DNA of 63,584 bases from an uncultured Clostridia bacterium (GCA_944372075.1 CALVYJ010000131.1:1-63584), one strand, 5' to 3'. Numbered from the stretch's first letter, positions 41,246 through 50,908 are shown. Numbers and translations are program-made. Notes: generated by a model not told the origin, from the letters alone.

Positions 41246-41374
41246 TCATGATTGATCATCCTGAAGAGTATACGGGTACAATGCATCCTCATACAAATCA
41301 TTATCAAAGTCATTGCATGCAACTTGCTTCTGCATTTCGCCGTCGTATACCCGGCTTCGCGGATTCATCAACAT
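41246..41374 (-). CDS. putative 42-aa acidic small protein
   Basis: SD GAGGA + ATG; extended -10 TGGTATACT at 41435-41443; terminator directly downstream. Confidence 0.45.
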   Translation of the reverse strand: MLMNPRSRVYDGEMQKQVACNDFDNDLYEDALYPYTLQDDQS

Positions 41375-41660
41375 TTCGCATTCCTCGAATATGTATAACA
41401 TTCTGCGCTTATAAATCACTGCGCATCTATATATAGTATACCATAAACACAATTTTTACAAAACTGTTTGAAAGCATTTTTTCAAAAAATTTTTAACCGA
41501 TAAGAACAAATCGGCATAAAACCAATCGATTCGCTTTTTCCGCCGCTGCCCTTGTCAATTAACAAACGCGCGAAACTGCACGAAAATTACCTCCACATCC
41601 TCTTCCATCCATTTTCAAAACCGGATTCTTATTTTTTTACAAAGAATGTCCGCTCTCTTA

Positions 41661-42197
41661 TCAATTATCTTGATTTTCATCCGCCTTTTTCGCTGTTTGC
41701 TCTTTTAATAAATCGCGGATCTCTTCCAATAGTTTATCCGTAGACGATACCTGCGGCGGCACTGATTCCGCAATCGTTTCTTGTGCGGGATTATCGTTCG
41801 ACTCCTTTTCCTCCTTCTTCAACAATTTCTCTTTAATGGCTTCCGCGCCTTCTTCGACGCGCTTCTTTGCCTTTCGTACAACGCGCAACACGGTAAAAAT
41901 AACCAATGCATCAATCAAAAAAGTCAAAATCGCCATGATAAAATTACCGTAATTTAACGTAATCGCCTGCGCATCGGCCGTTTCTTCGCGAAGAACAAAG
42001 ACCAACTCGCCAAAATCCCCGTCCACCAGTAAAGCTATCAACGGTTTAATTATATCATTTACCAAACTATTGACAATTGCCGTAAAAGCAGCACCGACAA
42101 CTACGGCTACCGCTAAATCAACAATATTGCCGCGCGAAATAAACGCCTTAAAGTCTTTCCAAAAAGTACTTTTCTTCTTTTCCTTTCGTTTACCCAT
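41661..42197 (-). CDS. mscL: large-conductance mechanosensitive channel
   Basis: FKAFISRGNIVDLAVAVVVGAAF, YGNFI, LLEEIRDLL. Confidence 0.96.
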   Translation of the reverse strand: MGKRKEKKKSTFWKDFKAFISRGNIVDLAVAVVVGAAFTAIVNSLVNDIIKPLIALLVDGDFGELVFVLREETADAQAITLNYGNFIMAILTFLIDALVIFTVLRVVRKAKKRVEEGAEAIKEKLLKKEEKESNDNPAQETIAESVPPQVSSTDKLLEEIRDLLKEQTAKKADENQDN

Positions 42198-42220
42198 TTG
42201 TATTCAAGCTCCAACTAATT

Positions 42221-43045
42221 TTACATTCCCATCCGCTGCATTAAAAATTTGCACACAGCATCCTCTTCCGAATATCCGATAATACCCGTCGCAACCTTTT
42301 TAAGCTCTTCAACGGCATTCTTCACCGCATAACTTTCGTCTGCCACCGAAAACATCGGTAAATCGTTCCATGAATCACCAAAACATACCATGGTATTAGC
42401 GTCTAATATTGTCTTCAACTCGATTGCCGCAGCACCTTTAGAGGTGCTTACAGGCATGATCTCGCACCAGTAATCCGTTTGATACGTTTCCTGTTCATAA
42501 ATGCATTTTATATCCAGGCTTTTCGAAACGGACGCATACAATCCATCCAGATCTTTTTTCGCTCCGATACATGTAAAATAAAAAATATCGTCTCCCGCCA
42601 ACGCCTCTCTGGTCGTAATCGGATGTAAACGCGCGTCTCCTCTTCTTCGATCCAAATATCGCTTCACGCCTTCCGATTCTTTTCCGACTACCCACGATAC
42701 TTTTTCAACGTAATCGTTAAACGAATATGCCAACGGCCAAACGTCATAGAAAAAAAACAATTCTTTCAGATACTGCAACTGCCCTGAATTAAAATGATTG
42801 TTGTATAGTACTTTCCGAGTCGCAGGTTCCATGATCAGCGCCCCGTTATATAAAATAACGGGCAGATTTTGCCGCAATCCCCAACATGCTTTCGCCGCTG
42901 AATTCAATGAGCGCGCCGTAGCATAGGTGAACATCAACGCCCGTTCATCAATCAACTTGTTAAGATTTTCTATGCTATATTTAGAAATCGTTTCTTTGGC
43001 TGTTAAAAGAGTACCGTCCAGGTCAGAAATAAAGAGGGTTTTCAA
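42221..43045 (-). CDS. HAD-superfamily (Cof-like) hydrolase
   Basis: SDLDGTLL, ATAR, SKG, FGDSWND; probable TTG start with SD AAGGA. Confidence 0.9.
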   Translation of the reverse strand: MKTLFISDLDGTLLTAKETISKYSIENLNKLIDERALMFTYATARSLNSAAKACWGLRQNLPVILYNGALIMEPATRKVLYNNHFNSGQLQYLKELFFFYDVWPLAYSFNDYVEKVSWVVGKESEGVKRYLDRRRGDARLHPITTREALAGDDIFYFTCIGAKKDLDGLYASVSKSLDIKCIYEQETYQTDYWCEIMPVSTSKGAAAIELKTILDANTMVCFGDSWNDLPMFSVADESYAVKNAVEELKKVATGIIGYSEEDAVCKFLMQRMGM

Positions 43046-43083
43046 GTTGCCGTCCTTTCTATTATTTATCATTTAACAGGGAA

Positions 43084-43112
43084 AGTATACCATATCATCA
43101 AAGACTTTTCAA
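43084..43112 (-). promoter_or_regulatory. sigA promoter
   Basis: TTGAAA-N17-TATACT with extended TG. Confidence 0.7.
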
Positions 43113-43207
43113 CAGTTTTATAAATTATTTCAGAACGGAAATAATTGCAGCCTGTTTCTTAAATCCAGAAATATTATTATTGTATCACCGTCAAAAAATA
43201 ATTATTC

Positions 43208-43876
43208 CTACTTTGACAACATAGCCTCAACGATTTCACTGCGATATCTCGAAGCCGCGCCATAGGGTCGCGGCACATCGATCGATTCCGCATCTAAATC
43301 GGCAATAATATTCCCGCCTCTCAAAATAATTGACCTATGCGACAGCATATATGCCTCTTCCACGTCGTGCGTAACAAAGATCACCGTCTTCTTTTCCTTC
43401 TTCCAAAGTTTGCAAAATACATCGATCAACCGAATTTTCAGCGCCGTATCTAAAGATGCAAAAGGTTCGTCCATCAACAAGAGTTCACTCGGGAATATAA
43501 AAGCGCGCGCAATCGAAACCCTTTGCGCTTGTCCGCCCGATAATTCAATCGGATAAGAATTTACCTTTGCTTCCAACTCCACTTCCTTGATAATTTCCGC
43601 AATTTTGGGCTCGTCTTTACATACAAGCCGCAAATTCTCTCGCACTGTAAGACAGGGTACCAATCGCGGCTGTTGAAAAATATAGGCATATTCTCTTTTT
43701 TTACTCAATTCTCCATCATAGTCCGTCAAACCCGCCAGTATATTCAACAAGGTTGTCTTTCCGCTGCCGCTTTCGCCCAATATGCACGTTATTTTTCCTT
43801 CGGCAAACGCTAAATTCAAATGTTCGTAAACGACAACATCTCCGTATCGTTTAGAAATATCCCTTAATTCAATCAT
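43208..43876 (-). CDS. ABC transporter ATP-binding protein (NitT/TauT family)
   Basis: GESGSGKT, LSGGQAQR, LLMDEPFASLD, VTHD. Confidence 0.93.
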   Translation of the reverse strand: MIELRDISKRYGDVVVYEHLNLAFAEGKITCILGESGSGKTTLLNILAGLTDYDGELSKKREYAYIFQQPRLVPCLTVRENLRLVCKDEPKIAEIIKEVELEAKVNSYPIELSGGQAQRVSIARAFIFPSELLLMDEPFASLDTALKIRLIDVFCKLWKKEKKTVIFVTHDVEEAYMLSHRSIILRGGNIIADLDAESIDVPRPYGAASRYRSEIVEAMLSK

Positions 43877-44657
43877 TTGCTCGCCTCCGCTTCTTCGAGT
43901 TTTTGCCCCTCCAACGCGCCGTCAAGAATGTCAGTCTTCCAAAAATATATTCCAGCACTCCTCCGGTAACGAGCATCATAATTGTGACGGAAAACATCTG
44001 ATCCATCCTGGAATACATTGCCGCATCATACATCATTCCGCCGATTGACCTGAATGTACCAGCCAGCACCTCCGCGGAAATCATGACTTTTAACGACAAA
44101 GACAAATTAGCTCCCATCTGCGATAATACGGCGGGCATCATCAACGGAATGTACACTTTCAGCAAACGATCACGCCTGCGAACTTTATAAACTGTAATCA
44201 TCTGCACCAGCGAAGGATCAATTTCACCATAGGCTGTTAAAAGCTGCGAATACATCAAGGGGAAAAGCATCAGAAACGTAACGTAAACAGGCGCAATGCG
44301 AGGATTCGTCCATATCAATAACATCAACGTTATCGCCATCGTAGGTAAAGTTCGCAATACACTGATAAATGGAGCTAAAAGCCGTCTGAATTTGGCGCTG
44401 AAGATGCCTATAGATACCAAACCAACCGCACATAAAAAAGCAACACCCCACGCATATAGAGTTCTTCCAAGCGTCCGTGCAAAAGCATTCCAAAATTGTA
44501 AGCTGCTTAAATTTTCCCCGATATTGATTACAACATCTTGAAACGACGGAATTATATACTCGTTTTTTACTGCAATATGCGCAAGCACCCACACGCCCCA
44601 CATTAAAACGAGGGCTACTATAGAAAAAATAAAGTTTATTCTCTTTTCACTCAACAC
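43869..44657 (-). CDS. ABC transporter permease (NitT/TauT family)
   Basis: About 6 TM; IIPS, RTLP, KVMISAEVL. Confidence 0.9.
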   Translation of the reverse strand: MLSEKRINFIFSIVALVLMWGVWVLAHIAVKNEYIIPSFQDVVINIGENLSSLQFWNAFARTLGRTLYAWGVAFLCAVGLVSIGIFSAKFRRLLAPFISVLRTLPTMAITLMLLIWTNPRIAPVYVTFLMLFPLMYSQLLTAYGEIDPSLVQMITVYKVRRRDRLLKVYIPLMMPAVLSQMGANLSLSLKVMISAEVLAGTFRSIGGMMYDAAMYSRMDQMFSVTIMMLVTGGVLEYIFGRLTFLTARWRGKNSKKRRRAND

Positions 44658-44677
44658 ATCGTCTACACCCTTTTTTA

Positions 44678-45709
44678 TTATGCGCTATAAAAAAACGAAT
44701 CGGCTACATTGTACTGTACATTGCTTACTCCGGAAAGTTTAGATAAAAAGGATTTTACCTCCTCTTTTGAATCAATTGCACTTTGAAAGCGAATGGCACA
44801 ATTTTCGATTACTCCTTTGGTCAGATTGGCCGTTTTGAACGTAGGTGTCGATCCTTCCGGTAAATGAGAAGCCACCGCATCCACAATCGTTGCCGGCTCC
44901 GTTGAGTCCGCCATAATCCAAGCGGCATTTTCTTCCACTGCTTGAATGAAGTCTTGGATAAACTGTTCGTTTTTCTCTGCAAAATCCGCCTTTGCAACCA
45001 AAACTGCCTGCGGATATCCTCCCTCACCGTACAACTCCTGCAAATCCCCAACTACTTCCAACGTGGCAATAGCACCCGTCTTTGTCGATACAACAGGTTC
45101 CGCAGCGACCATGTAATCAAAATTCGCTGTTCCCGTAATCATCGTTGCCGGATCCGGAATATTGATTATATTCACAACGTCATCTTTTTTTTGCGATACA
45201 TCCTCAATAATCGTATAGGCAATATCATTTTGTTCCAAAACAAGGCGCAACGTCAGACCTACCACATTGGTCAGTTGTATGCTTCCGACTACTTTCCCGA
45301 TTAACGTATCTAGATTGTCTGCCGTAAGAGGCGTTTTTTCCGTATTGGATAAAATATAAATATTGCCGTGCGTTACCGTTCCAAGCATCACATATTTCTC
45401 TCCGCTTCCTAACAATTGAGCAGCCGCATTTACCGGGATTACGCAAAGCTCCGCTTGCGGATCTTCACCGGTTACATAGGTTTGTATCGTTGTGGCCGCC
45501 ACTACATGATACCGGACGCTTCCGCTAAATTGCATTTCTTCCTTCATCAACTGCGCAAGAGCAAGCGCCGGCGCGCCATCCGGTGCATAAACATCCGCAT
45601 CCACTGCGTCCGATGCTTTCGGCTCATTATCGCACGCCCCAAACGACACCGCAACAAGACACAACATCAGTCCCAAAACAACGCATAAAAATCTTTTTAA
45701 GTTCTTCAT
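44678..45709 (-). CDS. ABC transporter substrate-binding lipoprotein (NitT/TauT/NMT1-like)
   Basis: Lipobox FGAC; PDGAP, P.NAAA, AEP, YPQAVLV; SD AGGAG before MKNLK. Confidence 0.88.
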   Translation of the reverse strand: MKNLKRFLCVVLGLMLCLVAVSFGACDNEPKASDAVDADVYAPDGAPALALAQLMKEEMQFSGSVRYHVVAATTIQTYVTGEDPQAELCVIPVNAAAQLLGSGEKYVMLGTVTHGNIYILSNTEKTPLTADNLDTLIGKVVGSIQLTNVVGLTLRLVLEQNDIAYTIIEDVSQKKDDVVNIINIPDPATMITGTANFDYMVAAEPVVSTKTGAIATLEVVGDLQELYGEGGYPQAVLVAKADFAEKNEQFIQDFIQAVEENAAWIMADSTEPATIVDAVASHLPEGSTPTFKTANLTKGVIENCAIRFQSAIDSKEEVKSFLSKLSGVSNVQYNVADSFFYSA

Positions 45710-45783
45710 AACCCTTCTCCTTTTCTTGTTCAACAAAAATATCTAATTTGATAAACGCATTTTGAATAAATAAAATATACCAA

Positions 45784-46032
45784 TTAAAACTTTGAAATCA
45801 AAGTCTTTGCCGTCACCCCGTCGATCATCCCCAACTTTCCCGTTAAAGAATTGATCGTCTCTTGCGGAGCATCGACAACCACCGATAGAACCGAAATTTT
45901 CTTTGTCTTATAAGGAATCCCCATTCTGCCGACTATATATTCACTGAAATTATGCAAAACTGCATTTAATTTATCCGAGCACTCTGTATTTTCAACTATA
46001 ATACTTAAAACAGCCAACCGATTTTCAGACAT
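45784..46032 (-). CDS. TM1266-family (putative iron-only hydrogenase system regulator) ACT/NikR-C-like protein
   Basis: RLAVLSIIVE, LN..LH, IVGRMGIPY, INSLTGKLG.I.GV..KT. Confidence 0.85.
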   Translation of the reverse strand: MSENRLAVLSIIVENTECSDKLNAVLHNFSEYIVGRMGIPYKTKKISVLSVVVDAPQETINSLTGKLGMIDGVTAKTLISKF

Positions 46033-46154
46033 AAAAAACTCCCTTTTGCCCGAGCAGACCTATCGTGACAAAAAGGAGTTAATCAAATCCGATTTTGAAT
46101 TTTATAAACCTCCCTTTGCCGTCGGGACGAACCCTTCGACTCAGGCTAACATTT
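46033..46154 (-). ncRNA. structured 5' leader with terminator/antiterminator architecture (unidentified cis-regulatory RNA)
   Basis: 5' hairpin GTC-GAA-GGG-TTCGT-CCC-GAC; GGCAAAGGGAGGTT duplicates the terminator 3' arm GGCAAAAGGGAGTT; both can pair with AACTCCTTTTTGTC; U-tract abuts the ATG. Confidence 0.7.
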
Positions 46155-46160
46155 TAGATA

Positions 46161-46189
46161 ATTATACACAGTCTTAAAAAAGAAAGCAA
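46161..46189 (-). promoter_or_regulatory. sigA promoter of the TM1266-ABC operon
   Basis: TTGCTT-N17-TATAAT. Confidence 0.7.
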
Positions 46190-46296
46190 CTATTCCATTG
46201 CGAATTTTACGAAATTAAAATTATAATTCTTGTCTATCGCCCACATAAGCCAAACAAAATAAGAATAATTCACGTATTTTTGCAGAAACTTATAGC

Positions 46297-46521
46297 ATGT
46301 ATCGAAAAATCTTTTTTCTTGCCGCACTTGCGTTTTGTTTAAGCGCTATTTTTCTTTGGGCAATGACATTGAATCAGGAAGAAAATCATTCAAAAATTCG
46401 AAAATTTCTTGTCGCAGAGCTGCACCAAGAACTTGAGCAGACTTCTGCCACGCATAGTACTTCTCATGTTGAAAATAACAATGATTTCACGCAAAATACG
46501 CTGCAAGTTTCATCAGATTAA
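46297..46521 (+). CDS. hypothetical small secreted or membrane-anchored protein
   Basis: Basic N-terminus + hydrophobic helix, polar tail; fills the intergenic gap; no SD. Confidence 0.5.
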   Translation: MYRKIFFLAALAFCLSAIFLWAMTLNQEENHSKIRKFLVAELHQELEQTSATHSTSHVENNNDFTQNTLQVSSD

Positions 46522-46563
46522 ACAAAGCAACCGACACAAAAGCTCGCTTAAACTCGTCAAAAT

Positions 46564-47580
46564 TTAATCGGGATAACCGTCCGGATTTTTTAATTGAAAG
46601 TTCAATGAATCTCTGCACATGTCATCCAATGTTCTTTTCGTCCGAAAACCTATCAGTTGTTCAGCCAAAGAAGGGTCGGCATAACATTCCGCAATGTCCC
46701 CTGCCCTACGAGCCGAAAATTCATAGGGAATATCTTTACCTAAAGCCTTTGAAAAGGCTTTAATAATATCCAATACACTATAACCGACCCCAGTACCTAA
46801 ATTGACGGTAAAGAGACCGCTGTTTTCAAACAATTTCTTAAGAGCACATACATGCCCTTGCGCCAAATCAACCACATGAATATAATCCCGGACGCCTGTT
46901 CCGTCATGCGTAGGATAATCGTTACCAAAAACGTGCACCTTATCTAATTTGCCTACCGCAACCTTGGTAATATAAGGACATAAATTGTTCGGTATACCAT
47001 TCGGATCTTCTCCTATCAATCCTGATTCATGCGCACCGATCGGATTAAAATACCGCAGAATCGCAACGTTAAAAGACGAATCCGCAGCACATAAATCGCG
47101 CAAGATTTCTTCGATGAACAATTTTGTTCTTCCATAAGGATTGGTCGCCGAAAGCGGAAAATCTTCACGAATCGGAACGGAAGCCGGTTTACCATACACC
47201 GTTGCTGAAGAGGAAAACACAAGATTTTTGCAGTTGTGCTTGCGCATTGCTTCCAACAACACCAACATTCCCGTTATATTATTACGGTAATATTCCAAAG
47301 GGATTTCACAACTCTCCCCAACCGCTTTTAGTCCGGCAAAGTTAATGACCGCATCGATTGAATTTTCCGAAAATACTACGTCCAAAGCCGCCGAATCTAA
47401 AATTGAATCTTTATAAAATTTTACAGGCCTGCCGACAATGGCCTCGATACGGCGCACCGCTTCCTTTTTACTATTGATCAGATTATCCAATATAATAACG
47501 TCATATCCGGCATTGATCAATTCAATACATGTGTGACTGCCAATATATCCCGCCCCGCCCGTTACCAAAATCGTTTTCAT
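46564..47580 (-). CDS. galE: UDP-glucose 4-epimerase
   Basis: TGGAGYIGSH, FSSSATVYG, YGRTK, LRYFNP, RDYIHV. Confidence 0.97.
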   Translation of the reverse strand: MKTILVTGGAGYIGSHTCIELINAGYDVIILDNLINSKKEAVRRIEAIVGRPVKFYKDSILDSAALDVVFSENSIDAVINFAGLKAVGESCEIPLEYYRNNITGMLVLLEAMRKHNCKNLVFSSSATVYGKPASVPIREDFPLSATNPYGRTKLFIEEILRDLCAADSSFNVAILRYFNPIGAHESGLIGEDPNGIPNNLCPYITKVAVGKLDKVHVFGNDYPTHDGTGVRDYIHVVDLAQGHVCALKKLFENSGLFTVNLGTGVGYSVLDIIKAFSKALGKDIPYEFSARRAGDIAECYADPSLAEQLIGFRTKRTLDDMCRDSLNFQLKNPDGYPD

Positions 47581-47582
47581 AT

Positions 47583-49121
47583 TTATACCTCTTGTAAATT
47601 TAATCTCGCAATAAATTTGTTAAACCCATTCTCTCCCGTTTGATCTCGCTTAAATACAGCAGTATTGTCTAAAATTTTTGCACAGACGGCTCCTACATAT
47701 TGCTCCACCCGCTCGCGAGCCTCGGTCTTTGTTTTACATTTACCTTGGGACATCAATTCCTGTATCATATGGCGATGCACAAACAAATCATTTTTAGGAT
47801 CAGAAAGCAAGTCTTTATCGTATTTAATTTCGCCGCACAAAAGTTGTTCCACACCATCTAACTGTCTCTTCAACCGCCCGGGTAAAATAAACAACCCCAT
47901 CGCTTCGATCAAGCCAATGCCCTCACTTTTTATGTTCAAATACTCGGGATGAACATGGAATATTCCGTCCGGAAATTGCTCATTGGTTCGATTGTTCCTC
48001 AATAGCAACGTAAAAACATACCGATCCCCATCTTTTTCGCAAATCGGAGAAATTGCGTTATGCTGCACTCCTTCCGTCTCAGCTAAAATTTCACATTCCG
48101 GACAAGAAAACCTTTTCCACTCCGTAACTACCAGCGCAGCAAATTCTTTTACCGCTGCTCGATCTGTACCCTCAATTCGAATTCCGCTATTATACCAATC
48201 CAAAATCCCAATGTCCAGTTGGGGGAACTTTTTTGAAACAAATCTTCTTCGGACACCGGCTCTATGCATGGGCATCCTATGCTTTCCGCCTTGAAAATGT
48301 TCATGATTCAATATCGATCCCCCGACTATCGGCAACGCCGCATTGCTGCCAATAAAATAGTTGGGCAAAAGATCGACAAAGTCAAGCAGTTTCTCAACAG
48401 TATTCTCATTCGTACACATTGGAACATGCTCTTCGTTAATAGCAATGCAATGTTCGTCATAATAAGCGTATGGCGAATATTGTAAAAACCAGTTCTCCCC
48501 TCCCAAGCCCAATTTGACCGTGCGTATATTTTGCCTAGGAGGATAATTTCCCGCACCTTCAAACCCTTCGTTCTCCTTACACAACGCACACATAGGGTAT
48601 TTTTTAGCGGGTGCGGCAGATAATAATTTTGCGATATCCTTATTATTTTTTTCCGGCTTTGAAAGATTTACCGTTATTTCTAAAATATTTTCGCCATCCA
48701 CATAGTCCCAACGAAGATTCTTGGAAATGGCCGTTTTTTGAATGTACCCGTTTTTTACAGACAAATCATAAAGATAATCGCAAGCAGCAACAGAATCCTT
48801 CGTATTTTTCAACGCATAAAAAGTTTCGTTGATTTTTGAGGGCAGCGGCGTTAAGATCCCCCATATTTTTGCGCAATACCGTTCCGACTCATTCTCATCC
48901 GTGAGCCCCTTGTCCAAAGCAAATTCCGTAAGTTCAGCATTCAACTGATCCGGGACATCCATTTCTTGAATTCCCGAACAATCCACCGCGACATCTTCCG
49001 GGGCCGATATCTTAAATTCCGCCAGCAAAATATTGCGAAAATAAACGACATCTCTGCTATCTAAGTGCAAATGTTTTACCGCATAGACCAACAACCGCTC
49101 AATCAAAGCTTCACCTATCAT
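47583..49121 (-). CDS. galT: galactose-1-phosphate uridylyltransferase, class II (Gram-positive type)
   Basis: ITVNLSKPEK, YPMCALCKENEG, QYSPY.YY.EHC, GGSILNHEHFQGG, IGLIEAMG. Confidence 0.93.
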   Translation of the reverse strand: MIGEALIERLLVYAVKHLHLDSRDVVYFRNILLAEFKISAPEDVAVDCSGIQEMDVPDQLNAELTEFALDKGLTDENESERYCAKIWGILTPLPSKINETFYALKNTKDSVAACDYLYDLSVKNGYIQKTAISKNLRWDYVDGENILEITVNLSKPEKNNKDIAKLLSAAPAKKYPMCALCKENEGFEGAGNYPPRQNIRTVKLGLGGENWFLQYSPYAYYDEHCIAINEEHVPMCTNENTVEKLLDFVDLLPNYFIGSNAALPIVGGSILNHEHFQGGKHRMPMHRAGVRRRFVSKKFPQLDIGILDWYNSGIRIEGTDRAAVKEFAALVVTEWKRFSCPECEILAETEGVQHNAISPICEKDGDRYVFTLLLRNNRTNEQFPDGIFHVHPEYLNIKSEGIGLIEAMGLFILPGRLKRQLDGVEQLLCGEIKYDKDLLSDPKNDLFVHRHMIQELMSQGKCKTKTEARERVEQYVGAVCAKILDNTAVFKRDQTGENGFNKFIARLNLQEV

Positions 49122-49170
49122 ATATATAACGTACCATCCTCATTTTTTATAAACAAATCCCCGAAAAAAT

Positions 49171-50085
49171 TCAGCGACCTATCGTTCTACCTATCAATTC
49201 TTGAGCGGCATCATATCCCATACTTTTCAGCCGGAAATTTCTTGCCGCAACTTCAATGATTATTGACAAATTTCTGCCCGGCTTAACCGGAATCGTATGC
49301 TTCATAACCTGACACCCTAAAATTGTCTCAAATTGCGTACCCTCGCCTAAACGATCATATTCTTTCCCTTCTACCCAATTCTCCAGTTCCATAACAAGTT
49401 CGATTTCTTTTTCGTTCAAAATCGAACCCGAACCGTACATATTTTTTATATTGATAATGCCAATTCCACGCAACTCCATAAAGTAACGAATCATCTCCGG
49501 TGAAGTTCCTACCAAAGATTCCGCAACCCTCTTAACAATTACGCTGTCGTCCGCAACAAGTCGATGTCCTCGCTTTATCAGTTCCATTGCCGTCTCGCTT
49601 TTTCCTACGCCGCTATGACCCGTAATCAATATTCCGACACCGGAAACATCCATTAAAACGCCATGAATCGTCATGGACGGCGCCAGCTTCTTGTTGAGAT
49701 AAAAAAACAAATCGTTCATTAAAGCTGTCGTAACTTTATCCGCACGAAGTATCGGAACACCCGTCAATCTGGCTTCTTCAATAACTTCCTGCAACACCGG
49801 CAAATCCCTCGAAAAAATAAGACAGGGAATCTCTTCGTAGGACAGCAACGTTTTGATACGATCTCGACGCACATCGGGTGATAAATCTCGCAAATACTCA
49901 TATTCCGCATTTCCAAACACGAGAATTCGAGTTGAATCAAAATATTTGAAATATCCCCCCAACTGCAACCCTGGCCGCGTTACGCTGTACGAAGAAAGCG
50001 TAACTCTTCCGCGCCCGGCAAATACAATTTCCAGATCCAAGCTCGAACAAAAATTTTCCAGCAAAATCGTTTCTTGTTCATTCAT
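49171..50085 (-). CDS. hprK: HPr kinase/phosphorylase
   Basis: RPGLQL.G, GHSGVGKSE, LVADD, ELRGIGII, PGRN. Confidence 0.97.
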   Translation of the reverse strand: MNEQETILLENFCSSLDLEIVFAGRGRVTLSSYSVTRPGLQLGGYFKYFDSTRILVFGNAEYEYLRDLSPDVRRDRIKTLLSYEEIPCLIFSRDLPVLQEVIEEARLTGVPILRADKVTTALMNDLFFYLNKKLAPSMTIHGVLMDVSGVGILITGHSGVGKSETAMELIKRGHRLVADDSVIVKRVAESLVGTSPEMIRYFMELRGIGIINIKNMYGSGSILNEKEIELVMELENWVEGKEYDRLGEGTQFETILGCQVMKHTIPVKPGRNLSIIIEVAARNFRLKSMGYDAAQELIGRTIGR

Positions 50086-50906
50086 ATGTTTTCCCCTAGT
50101 CCAAACTTTTTTATGGCATACGCCACGCCATCCTCATCACACGTCTTCGTTATAAAATCAGCCATCTGCTTTAACGCCAACTCTCCGTTTTCTACCGCTA
50201 CACCCTTACCCGCAATTCGAAGCATGGGCGCATCGTTATAATTATCGCCTATCGCCATCGTCTGTTCCCTTGGAATTCCATAGTATTGCGCTAAATATTC
50301 CAAAGCCTTCCCCTTATCACAACCCCGCTTGAGAATTTCAATCAGATTTTCCGTGCTGGACGTTACATAGAATTCATTACCGAATTTTTTTGTCAATAAA
50401 TCAATTATTTCTCCGCGCTCTTCGGCACTGCAAATCACAATAATCTTGTGCGGCGATATCTGCCTGGCTACGACTTCTTTGCTAATATTTTTTTCCGTTA
50501 AAATACTCCGAACATCGCATGCCTTTTCATACCAAGCTCGATATTGATCGTCTTTATTAACATACAAAACATCGGCATCGTAAACATGAATATGCCAATC
50601 ATGTTCATACATAAATTCACAAATTCCGGCAGCATCTTTCCAATCGATTCGCTCGTCACGAACCAATAAACCGCTTTCAATGTCTTGTATGTTCGCACCT
50701 TGATACGAAACGACCAATCCTTTGAGTCCTAATTCTTTAGCGTACGGAAGAATGGAAATCGGCATGCGCCCTGTACACAAGGCAAATATTCCGCCCCGTT
50801 CGACATATCGCTTTATTGTATTTAGATTTTCATCTGAAATGCCGCCCTGCGTACGGCGCAAGGTCCCGTCAAAGTCAGAAACAATTAGTTTATAAGCAAG
50901 CTCCAT
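50082..50906 (-). CDS. Cof-type HAD hydrolase
   Basis: SDFDGTL, CTGR, DKG, IGDNYND. Confidence 0.92.
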   Translation of the reverse strand: MELAYKLIVSDFDGTLRRTQGGISDENLNTIKRYVERGGIFALCTGRMPISILPYAKELGLKGLVVSYQGANIQDIESGLLVRDERIDWKDAAGICEFMYEHDWHIHVYDADVLYVNKDDQYRAWYEKACDVRSILTEKNISKEVVARQISPHKIIVICSAEERGEIIDLLTKKFGNEFYVTSSTENLIEILKRGCDKGKALEYLAQYYGIPREQTMAIGDNYNDAPMLRIAGKGVAVENGELALKQMADFITKTCDEDGVAYAIKKFGLGENI

Positions 50907-50908
50907 CC

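Noticed and set aside
41555-41595. GGAGG + GTG mini-ORF (VQFRAFVN*) downstream of mscL
   Set aside because: Only 8 codons and no other support.
46100-46160. SAM-I/IV, TPP or T-box assignment for the TM1266 leader
   Set aside because: It lacks the complete SAM P1/P3/P4 elements, the TPP CUGAGA core and the T-box UGGnACC bulge; left as unidentified.
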